From Chthonomonas calidirosea (GTDB lineage: Bacteria; Armatimonadota; Fimbriimonadia; Fimbriimonadales; Fimbriimonadaceae), in the NCBI GenBank assembly GCA_945859975.1, contig CAMAPH010000043.1:1-22400 (forward strand): a stretch of 22,400 nt of DNA, read 5' to 3'. Below the pieces are notes generated by a model. It had not been told where the DNA came from. It did not search any database and saw only the letters and a list, made by a program, of their open reading frames with translations. Each line of letters starts with the position of its first letter. Within the stretch, counting starts at the first letter, position 1. A program made the translations under genes and the position numbers. Below, one piece after another: positions 1 through 7,796 of the stretch.

Positions 1-645
1 CAAGTCTGGAAAACGCGGGAGAGCGGGGCGTGCGATGAAAGAATCGACGCTAACGAAGCCCCCCGTTGCCGGTGCGGTAACCGACGTTGTTGCGCCGTAC
101 GAATACTGCCACTGGATTTCCTCCGCCGCAGACCGGAACCGCACCAGGCTTGGGAGGCCATCCGCCTTTCGTTGCTCAACGACAATGCCTTGCTTTTCTG
201 TCCCTCGGGTCCAGCGGGAAGTTGAACCCACAATCTGGTTCTTCCAGCCAGATTCCTTCTTAAGTCGCGTCGCCAGATCCTTCGCATCGGCAGGATTTGC
301 GACGAGCCGAACGCTTTCGTCCATCGCGTTGAGGACCTTAGCTAGACGTGCAATCGGGGTGCCGCTGGAGGGCGCGGTTCGACGAATGAATTCGTTATTC
401 AGCAGATCCATTCCCGTGAGCTTTGAGCCAACCAGAGTGTAGGTGTAGTCCGTTCGGTCTAAGGCAACGGTTCGCGGCGTGATCACCCGAAGTTGCAGGT
501 TGCGACCGGACTGGGCGAGCCGAAAATCGATCGAATCTGCGACCGTCCCGACCTTCCGGGTGGCCACGATCCTGACGGCCCGGCTGCCAAGGCGCGCCAA
601 TGCGAGTTGCATCCGATCGAAATCTGTGTTGTAATCCGAAATCAT
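1..645 (-). CDS. hypothetical protein, 3' end outside window (>=215 aa)
   Basis: Not in ORF track; own translation from ATG at 645 (ATGA overlap with permease stop 642-644) is open to position 1: MISDYNTDFDRMQLALARLGSRAVRIVATRKVG...RPALPRFPDL. No family recognised. Confidence 0.75.
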   Translation of the reverse strand, partial: MISDYNTDFDRMQLALARLGSRAVRIVATRKVGTVADSIDFRLAQSGRNLQLRVITPRTVALDRTDYTYTLVGSKLTGMDLLNNEFIRRTAPSSGTPIARLAKVLNAMDESVRLVANPADAKDLATRLKKESGWKNQIVGSTSRWTRGTEKQGIVVEQRKADGLPSLVRFRSAAEEIQWQYSYGATTSVTAPATGGFVSVDSFIARPALPRFPDL

Positions 646-1481
646 GTTTTTCCTAGCCCAGCCGGTGTTCGTTGCTTGCCCAAGAATCCGGCAAGCGCAA
701 TAACCGTCGCAAGATACGGCAGAGACGTCCAAAATTCAGACGGCAGAGCGACCCCAACAAGGTCGGTCCCTTGGAACAATAAGTTGAGCGAACTCAAGAA
801 ACCGAAGGCAAGGCAAGCCAATGCCGTTTGCCCCACGCGCCAGCCGCCAAGAATAAGGGCAGCAAGGGCAATGTAACCGCGCCCAGCGGTCATGTTGTCC
901 GTGAAAACGCCAGTGTCAGCGACCAGATAGGCCCCGGCAAGCCCGGAGAACAACCCGGTGGCGATCAGCGCAAAAAGCCGAATCCGATCGGGCTGTAATC
1001 CGGCCAAACGTGCCTTCTCCGGATCACTGCCCGCCGCAACGAGCCACAGCCCGCCTCGAGTTTTGGCGACATAAGCAAGCAAGGCCAGTGGAGCGGCAAT
1101 GGCGCAGACCTGATAGAACAGGGGCGGCAGCGTTCCGATGCGGCCCGATCGATCTGGATCCGAAAACCGCGTAAACATGAAGTTGGTTGCTCCTGCGCTG
1201 ATCGCATTGAGCGACATACCGCTGATGACGTGATCGATGCCGAATCGCTGGGTGGCCAGCCAATGGACCAAGCTCATGATAATCGCGGCCAGAATCGCGG
1301 CGAGAACGCCAAGAACCGGTCCGTGCGAAATGCTCACCAGCGCGCTCACACACGCCGCTATCAGCATCTTCCCTTCTAGGCCAATGTTGATCACGCCGGA
1401 CCGCTCGCTGCAATATCCGGCCATTGCGGCTAGAACCAACGGAGTGGCCATGCTCAGAGTCAGGAGAACCGTATTAAGCAT
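642..1481 (-). CDS. ABC transporter permease, nucleoside/simple-sugar type (BPD_transp_2; YufQ/NupQ-like)
   Basis: TPLVLAAMAG..SERSGVINIGLEGKML and TAGRGYIALAALILGGW motifs; start moved to MLNTVLL (ATG 1481), overlapping the upstream stop. Confidence 0.92.
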   Translation of the reverse strand: MLNTVLLTLSMATPLVLAAMAGYCSERSGVINIGLEGKMLIAACVSALVSISHGPVLGVLAAILAAIIMSLVHWLATQRFGIDHVISGMSLNAISAGATNFMFTRFSDPDRSGRIGTLPPLFYQVCAIAAPLALLAYVAKTRGGLWLVAAGSDPEKARLAGLQPDRIRLFALIATGLFSGLAGAYLVADTGVFTDNMTAGRGYIALAALILGGWRVGQTALACLAFGFLSSLNLLFQGTDLVGVALPSEFWTSLPYLATVIALAGFLGKQRTPAGLGKT

Positions 1482-2463
1482 CTTGGGCTTGCCTCCGGTA
1501 GCGAATCGTAGCGGAAATGAGGATGACCAAGCCAGCCACCAAGTTTGTGAGTCCCTTCGGAACGCCGAGAATGAGCAGCGAAGTGCCGCCCTTTGAAAGC
1601 ACACCGAACAGAAGGCTCATCGGAACGACCAAAAGGGCATTGCTTCCAGCAAGGAGCGCCACACCCAGGGAGTCGAATCCGTAGCCGGGGCTGAAGCCTT
1701 GATAAAACCGTCCCTCAAACGCAAGCGTTTGAATTGCGCCACCGAGGCCACCAATTGCCCCAGAAATGAGCATGGCGTTCAATCGAACTTTGCGGACGTT
1801 GATGCCAGCAAACTCGGCGGCAGAAGGGTTCGCTCCTACGGCCTGGAGCTCGTACCCTGCGACGCGGCGCTTCATCCACCAAGCCATGACTCCGCAGAGA
1901 ATCAGGCCCAGGAGCAAACCTGAGCTGACATTCCATGGTGGGCTGTTGAGCAACGCAGGCAGTCGTCCGGAGGTTGGAATGGTAGCGGTCGTTGCCCCCG
2001 TCTGATTAGCCGCTCGCGCGGGGCCGGCGACCAGAAAGTCGGTAAGTGCCACAGCAACGCTGTTCAGCATGATCGTGGTGATCACTTCGTGCCCGTTTCG
2101 ATAGGCCCGAATCCATCCGGCGGGAAGGGCCCAGAGGGCACCGGCAGCAATCCCGGCGATCATGGCAAGCAGCAACCCCGCGGGTCCAGGCACGGCCAAG
2201 GCAACGAGGGCGCTTGCGAAACCACCGAGAAGAAACTGCCCTTCGATGCCGATGTTAAACAACCCGGCCCGGAGAGCGAAGAAGACTCCAAGGCCGGCGA
2301 GGAGCAACGGGGTGGTCTCCTTCAAGCTGCCCGAGATCGCGCGCGGGGATCCGAGACTTCCCGTAAACAGCGTTTGCGCGGCTTCGATGGGTGAGATGCC
2401 TCCCAGCACAAGCATGCCGATGAACGCAACGACGCAGGCGATGATGAGGACGACTTGTTTCAA
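1474..2463 (-). CDS. ABC transporter permease, nucleoside/simple-sugar type (YufP/NupP-like)
   Basis: RAGLFNIGIEGQ, HEVITTIMLN, GYELQAVGANPSAAEFAGI, GYGFDSLGVALL motifs; probable TTG start at 2463 overlapping the ATPase TGA. Confidence 0.92.
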   Translation of the reverse strand: MKQVVLIIACVVAFIGMLVLGGISPIEAAQTLFTGSLGSPRAISGSLKETTPLLLAGLGVFFALRAGLFNIGIEGQFLLGGFASALVALAVPGPAGLLLAMIAGIAAGALWALPAGWIRAYRNGHEVITTIMLNSVAVALTDFLVAGPARAANQTGATTATIPTSGRLPALLNSPPWNVSSGLLLGLILCGVMAWWMKRRVAGYELQAVGANPSAAEFAGINVRKVRLNAMLISGAIGGLGGAIQTLAFEGRFYQGFSPGYGFDSLGVALLAGSNALLVVPMSLLFGVLSKGGTSLLILGVPKGLTNLVAGLVILISATIRYRRQAQDA

Positions 2464-3965
2464 GCCTCGCCTCCCACCATGAGCCTTCCCAGAGTGTCGC
2501 GATCGGCATCCGCTGGGGGCACAACCACCCTTCCAGAGAACATGACGAGCACGCGGTGGCAATGGGCCATGAGCTCGTCGAGGTCGAACGAGACCACCAA
2601 TCCCGCTGCGCCTTCACGGCACCGCTCTTGCATTGCGGCGTAAAGGTCCTCGGTTGCGGCAATATCAAGCCCGCGCGACGGCTGAAAGGCCAAGAAGAGC
2701 TTCGGCCCTGACTCGGTCATGCGGGCGGCAACGAAGCGCTGCTGGTTTCCTCCGGAAAGTCCACCGATGGAGGTCTCCAAGCCGCCGTGCTTGGTGCCGA
2801 ACTTTTCTGCCGCCTTTTGAGCAAAAGCCGCTCGCTCTGGGAGGCGTACTTTTCCTCCATCGGAGAATTCCGGTAGCCGGTGCAAGCCGAGGGTGCTGTT
2901 CTCGATAAGAGACCAGTCCGAGATGATCGCTTCCTGGAGACGATCTTCCGGGAGGATGCGCCAGCCCAGTTCGATCCGCTTTTCGGTGGGTTCATTCGAA
3001 ATGTCCTTTCCGTGCCACAACATCTCCCCTTCGCGAATCGGAGTTACTCCCAGCAACGCACGGAAAAGCTCAGCCTGTCCGCTACCATCAACACCCGCGA
3101 TTCCTACAAGCTCTCCGGGGCTGAGTTCAAAGCTTGCCTTTTGAACCGCGTCGGTCCCCCGATCTCGGGCCACGGAAAGGCTTTTGACTTCTAAAACTGG
3201 GCGGGTAGGTGCGATTGGCTTCGGTCGTTCAGACGCGGTTAAGGTGCGCCCGACGATCAGTTCGGAAAGCATCTCGGGGTTCGCTTCGCTCACCGGAACA
3301 TCGGCGATCCACTTACCGCCTCGAAGGACGGAGACTCGATCGCAATACTCCATGATCTCCGGCAATCGGTGCGTGACCAGGAGCACCGTAGCGCCCTCTT
3401 TTGTCAGCGCCCGCAAACTTCCAAACAGCGCTTCGCCATCCTTCGGCGAAAGCATGGCGGTCGGTTCGTCCAAGATCATGATCTTGGCTTCGCGCCAAAG
3501 AAGCTTCAGGATTTCGAGGCGCTGTGCTTCGGAAGCGCTCATCGCCGAGGCGTCGCGGTCCCAAATTTCGGGGCCGTAGTCTAGGCCAATGCTTGCGGCG
3601 ATCTTGCTCGCTCGTTCGCGAATTTTGCCTTTGTCTAACACGACGGAAGGCTCCGCACCGAGAATCAGGTTGTCGAGAAGTGTGAGTTCCGGGACGATGC
3701 CGTAGTGCTGGCTCACCATCCCGATGCCAAGGGCAATCGCCTCCTTTGAGGACCGGATGTTGACCGCCTTGCCGTTCACCCGAACTTCGCCAGAATCGGC
3801 TTGGTAGGCGCCGTACAGCACCTTCATGAGCGTCGACTTACCGGCTCCGTTTTCTCCGACGACGCCATGAATTGAGCCGGATTCGACGGTAAGTCCGACG
3901 TTGTCTAAGGCTTGAACGCGGCCGAATTGCTTGCTGATGCCGCGCATTTCGACCGCTTGGCTCAC
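2460..3965 (-). CDS. ABC transporter ATP-binding protein, tandem NBD (YufO/NupO-like)
   Basis: Walker A GENGAGKST, ILDEPT, second domain with degenerate Walker A (GVDGSGQAE), LSGGNQQR and QPSRGLD; GTG start overlaps the upstream TGA. Confidence 0.95.
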   Translation of the reverse strand: MSQAVEMRGISKQFGRVQALDNVGLTVESGSIHGVVGENGAGKSTLMKVLYGAYQADSGEVRVNGKAVNIRSSKEAIALGIGMVSQHYGIVPELTLLDNLILGAEPSVVLDKGKIRERASKIAASIGLDYGPEIWDRDASAMSASEAQRLEILKLLWREAKIMILDEPTAMLSPKDGEALFGSLRALTKEGATVLLVTHRLPEIMEYCDRVSVLRGGKWIADVPVSEANPEMLSELIVGRTLTASERPKPIAPTRPVLEVKSLSVARDRGTDAVQKASFELSPGELVGIAGVDGSGQAELFRALLGVTPIREGEMLWHGKDISNEPTEKRIELGWRILPEDRLQEAIISDWSLIENSTLGLHRLPEFSDGGKVRLPERAAFAQKAAEKFGTKHGGLETSIGGLSGGNQQRFVAARMTESGPKLFLAFQPSRGLDIAATEDLYAAMQERCREGAAGLVVSFDLDELMAHCHRVLVMFSGRVVVPPADADRDTLGRLMVGGEA

Positions 3966-4849
3966 TCGGCTAGGCTCGCCTCCGAGGATTCGGTTCCGGC
4001 CAACAGCTCGTACAACTTGGCCGTTGTGAGTTCGTTGTGGCCCTGGGCGGCAAGCGTGCCGAGCAAGTGATCAACGACGGTGGTTCCGGGAAGCTGAGCC
4101 CCCAAAACTTCGGCGGCTTCGAAGCAGTAGGCAAAGTCTTTGCGCTGGTTCTTGATGCTAAAGCCGGGAGTCCAATCCTGTTTTAGAATCATCGGGCCGT
4201 AGTTCTCAAAAGCCCAACTTCCGCCTGCACCGGTGTTGATCATTTCCCGCGCTTGAGCGATGTCGAGACCCGCTTTGTGCGCGAAGGCGAGGCATTCACA
4301 CAAGGCCATGAGCGCACCACCGACGGCAATCTGGTTCGCCATCTTCATCATTTGGCCCGAACCTACGCCGCCAACGCGCGCGACCCGCTTTGAATACGGG
4401 GCAATGATCGCTTCCGCTTCCGCAGTATCAGCTGGTTCTCCGCCTAGAAAGACGGTCAAGGTTCCCTTTTGGGCGCCCATCGAACCGCCGGTCACGGGCG
4501 CATCGACAAAGCGCAGCCCGGCAGCGGCAAGTTCGGCCCCGATCGCGGGAGTTTCGGCCGGGGAGATCGTGCTGTGATCGATGATCAGCGTGCCTGGCTT
4601 TGCGTTCGGAATGATTTGCTCGAGGCATTCTCGGACGTCTTCCGTGCGGTTGACGCACATCGCGATCACATCGCACTGCTGTGCGAGTTCAGCGAGTGAT
4701 TCAGCAATCGTGGCCCCGGCTTCTTGCAGTGGCTGGCACTTTGCTGCGGTGCGATTCCAAACCACAAGGCGTTGGCCGGCGCTCTGCAGATGCCCCGCCA
4801 TCGGCCCACCCATCGTGCCTAATCCGACAAACCCAACGGTCTGGCTCAT
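3962..4849 (-). CDS. NAD(P)-dependent beta-hydroxyacid dehydrogenase (3-hydroxyisobutyrate dehydrogenase / tartronate semialdehyde reductase family)
   Basis: GFVGLGTMGGPMA Rossmann motif, FVDAPVTGG, GSGQMMKMANQ catalytic Lys motif, PGF.I..QRKD. Confidence 0.93.
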   Translation of the reverse strand: MSQTVGFVGLGTMGGPMAGHLQSAGQRLVVWNRTAAKCQPLQEAGATIAESLAELAQQCDVIAMCVNRTEDVRECLEQIIPNAKPGTLIIDHSTISPAETPAIGAELAAAGLRFVDAPVTGGSMGAQKGTLTVFLGGEPADTAEAEAIIAPYSKRVARVGGVGSGQMMKMANQIAVGGALMALCECLAFAHKAGLDIAQAREMINTGAGGSWAFENYGPMILKQDWTPGFSIKNQRKDFAYCFEAAEVLGAQLPGTTVVDHLLGTLAAQGHNELTTAKLYELLAGTESSEASLAE

Positions 4850-4864
4850 GACGCGTCAGGGTAC

Positions 4865-6250
4865 CTATTCGAACCGAATTGAGGCACCCCGGGCGTGAAC
4901 CGGAAAACCTTCCATCTCGCCAAACGCCTCGATGACGGGTGTCCAGAACTCGAGCGCCTCTTTCGAGAGGTTCGAAACGCTCTGCACTTTAAGAAATTCC
5001 AACACGTTGACCGGGCTCTGCCACCGTGCCGCACCCGAGGTAGGCAACGTGTGTGAAGGTCCGATACAGTAGTCCCCTGCGCTCTCCGGGGTCCAGTCCC
5101 CTAGCAACACGCAGCCAGCGTTTTGGACTTTCTCCAGCCAGCGGTGAGGATCCTCGACGCTGAGGGTCAAATGCTCTGGAGCAATTTCATTGACCAGGGC
5201 AATGGCTTCAAACAGGTCTAAGGCAACGATGGCAATGGAGTTGTCCGCGAGGGCCGCTCTCATCGTTGCTTCGCGCGGAGCGCCCGTAAGTTGGCGTTCA
5301 ACTTCAGCAAGGACCGACTCCAGCTTTTCCATTGATGTAGCGATGAGATAGGCGACGTTGTCCGGCGCGTGCTCGACTTGGGTGAGCAGATCTGCTGCCG
5401 CGAACCGGTCGTTGGCGGTTTCATCGACCACCACGCAAACCTCACTGGGGCCGGCGTAGCCATCCAGCCCAACCTTGCCCCAAACTTGGCGCTTGGCTTC
5501 GTTGACCCAGCGATTCCCGGGGCCAACGATTTTATCAACGCGCGGAACGGTTTCGGTCCCGAACGCCATGGCGGCAACAGCAGCGGCTCCCCCGACGCGA
5601 AATGCACGATCGACATTGGCCTCTTTCAGGGCAAAGCAAACCGCATCGGTGTGCCGACCAGAATCGCCCGCCGGCGAACAAACGACGACTTCACGAACTC
5701 CGGCGACGCGCGCTGGAATGGCGTTCATCAGCACCGAACTCGGGTAGTTCGCGTTTCCGCCGGGAACGTAAACGCCAACGCGGTCGAGCGGGAGGAGACG
5801 CTGTCCACGGGTGCCGGAAGCAAAGGCTTGTAGGTTTTGTTCGACATCCATCCCGGCGCGACCCGTATCCCAGGACCACTTCGGCGGCACGCCGCCGGGC
5901 CAAACCTGTTCAATCGGTCCCCGCGCGTCGATCCTCGCCAACCCCGAGGTGAGCACCAGCATTTGCGCGGTATGGAACATGTTGATCTGGGCCGCCGCGG
6001 TTGCGATGGCGGATTCGAACCGGGGTTCCAAGCTTGCCTGCTCGATGTCCGCGGCGGGCACTTCCAAATCGGTGATGTTCGGAGAGTCAAACTTTTGGGC
6101 GTTAGCCAAGAGCGCCGCGTCTCCGCGATCCCGAACGTCGGCGATGATCGCGGCAACCACCGCTTCGGCTTGCTCGTCCCGCTGGGCGCCTGCCGTCTGC
6201 AAAGCAGCAAACGGATCTAGAACATTGGCGTCAATTATCCGAATGAGCAT
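4865..6250 (-). CDS. hisD: histidinol dehydrogenase
   Basis: VGVYVPGG..YPSSVLM, DKIVGPGNRWV, GPSE, DLLTQVEH, APEHL, ESAGDY, PSHTLPT and C-terminal His; start set at ATG 6250 just after the gltX stop. Confidence 0.95.
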   Translation of the reverse strand: MLIRIIDANVLDPFAALQTAGAQRDEQAEAVVAAIIADVRDRGDAALLANAQKFDSPNITDLEVPAADIEQASLEPRFESAIATAAAQINMFHTAQMLVLTSGLARIDARGPIEQVWPGGVPPKWSWDTGRAGMDVEQNLQAFASGTRGQRLLPLDRVGVYVPGGNANYPSSVLMNAIPARVAGVREVVVCSPAGDSGRHTDAVCFALKEANVDRAFRVGGAAAVAAMAFGTETVPRVDKIVGPGNRWVNEAKRQVWGKVGLDGYAGPSEVCVVVDETANDRFAAADLLTQVEHAPDNVAYLIATSMEKLESVLAEVERQLTGAPREATMRAALADNSIAIVALDLFEAIALVNEIAPEHLTLSVEDPHRWLEKVQNAGCVLLGDWTPESAGDYCIGPSHTLPTSGAARWQSPVNVLEFLKVQSVSNLSKEALEFWTPVIEAFGEMEGFPVHARGASIRFE

Positions 6251-6254
6251 GGGA

Positions 6255-7796
6255 TCAGGCGAGAAGCCGCTCCCGCAGGCGGTCCGGACCAAGGACGGCC
6301 ATGAGCTCAAACAGGCCTGGGCCGGTGGTCTTTCCGGTCAACTTCACCCGCGTTGGGTGCACGATCGGACCGAGCTTTTCGAAGCCATTGTCCTCCGCAT
6401 ACTTACGGAGTAACGCATCGTAGTGCGCGGTCGCTTCCTCGAAGGAACCGCTCGCCGGATTCGCCGCGATGAACGCGAACAGGTCCGCAGCGTGAGGCTG
6501 AGTGAGCCACTTGTCTGCTGCCTTGGGATCGATAGTTGGAGAGTCGACCAAGAAGAACTCCACCGCTTCGCCGAAATCGGCGAGAGTCAATACTCGTTCA
6601 ATTTCAAGGGCAAGGGCGGCAAGAACGTACTCTCGATCCTTCGCGGCCCATTCCACGATCCGATCCAATCGGTCAAGAATCTGCTTCCCATCCTTCGGAG
6701 GCTTGTTCGGAATCGGCTCCTCATCGACAAAGTTCTCCCAATAGGTGCGAGTGAACGGGTGCGCGACGTAGGCCAGCAACTCGTCCAGAACAGCAGTTGG
6801 CGACATCTGCCGAATGTGGTGGCCGTTCAGCCAGCGCAGTTTGTCGAGATCAAACCGGCCCGGAGATGGCTGCAAACCCGAAAGCCGGAACTTCGCGATC
6901 AACTCTTCTTCGGTCATTGCCTCCGTGTCGTCGCCAGGACTCCAACCGATAAGGGCAATAAAGTTCTTTAGGGCGATGGGCAGATACCCTTCCGCCGCAT
7001 AGTCCAAGACTCGAGTTGCACCGTGCCGCTTCGATAGCTTCTTGCCGTCTTTTCCGACGATGACGGGGCAATGGACGAAGATCGGCCGTGGCCAACCGAA
7101 CGCGTCGAAAAGCATCGCATGCTTCGGCGCAGAGCTGATCCACTCTTCCCCACGCATGATGTGCGTAATTTGCATGAGGTGATCGTCGACCATGCTGGCA
7201 AAGTGGTAGGTAGGCATCCCGTCGGCTTTGATCAAAACCGGGTCGTCGATCGTGTCGCTTTCCCATTCGATCCGGCCGCGGATGAGATCCTCGATGACGA
7301 TCTTCTCGCCGCGCGGAATGCGCTGGCGAATGACAAATGGCTTCCCCTCGGCTTCTGCGGCGGCGACCGCTTCAGCAGATGCGTCGCGCCAGTTTCCGCC
7401 GTAGTAGCCCACGGCGAGCTTGTTGAGCTGCTGAAACTCGCGCATCTCGTCAAGTTCCTGCGACGTGTCAAAAGCTTTGTAGGCCGCCCCTTTGGCAAGC
7501 AACACGTTGATGAGCTCCGCGTAGATTCCGGCCTCCTTTCGCTCGCTTTGGCGATATGGGGCGTGCGGGCCGCCGAGGTGCGGGCCCTCATCGAAGGTAA
7601 TGCCAACCCACTTCAGGGTCGTGATGAACTCTTCTTCACTCTCCGGGTTGTAGCGGCTTCGGTCGGTGTCTTCGATACGAAGAATGTTCTCGCCGCCCTC
7701 GTGTTTGGCAAGCAAAAACTTGAATAGCGCATCTCGGAGGGCACCTACGTGAAGGAGCCCGGTTGGGCTGGGCGCAAAGCGAACGCGGACCGGCAT
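6255..7796 (-). CDS. gltX: glutamate--tRNA ligase
   Basis: RVRFAPSPTGLLHVG (HIGH-type), LRIEDTD, YRQSER, DGMPTYHFA..VDDH, HIMRGEEW, KLSKR, GKTTGPGLF; start MPVRV at 7796. Confidence 0.97.
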   Translation of the reverse strand: MPVRVRFAPSPTGLLHVGALRDALFKFLLAKHEGGENILRIEDTDRSRYNPESEEEFITTLKWVGITFDEGPHLGGPHAPYRQSERKEAGIYAELINVLLAKGAAYKAFDTSQELDEMREFQQLNKLAVGYYGGNWRDASAEAVAAAEAEGKPFVIRQRIPRGEKIVIEDLIRGRIEWESDTIDDPVLIKADGMPTYHFASMVDDHLMQITHIMRGEEWISSAPKHAMLFDAFGWPRPIFVHCPVIVGKDGKKLSKRHGATRVLDYAAEGYLPIALKNFIALIGWSPGDDTEAMTEEELIAKFRLSGLQPSPGRFDLDKLRWLNGHHIRQMSPTAVLDELLAYVAHPFTRTYWENFVDEEPIPNKPPKDGKQILDRLDRIVEWAAKDREYVLAALALEIERVLTLADFGEAVEFFLVDSPTIDPKAADKWLTQPHAADLFAFIAANPASGSFEEATAHYDALLRKYAEDNGFEKLGPIVHPTRVKLTGKTTGPGLFELMAVLGPDRLRERLLA

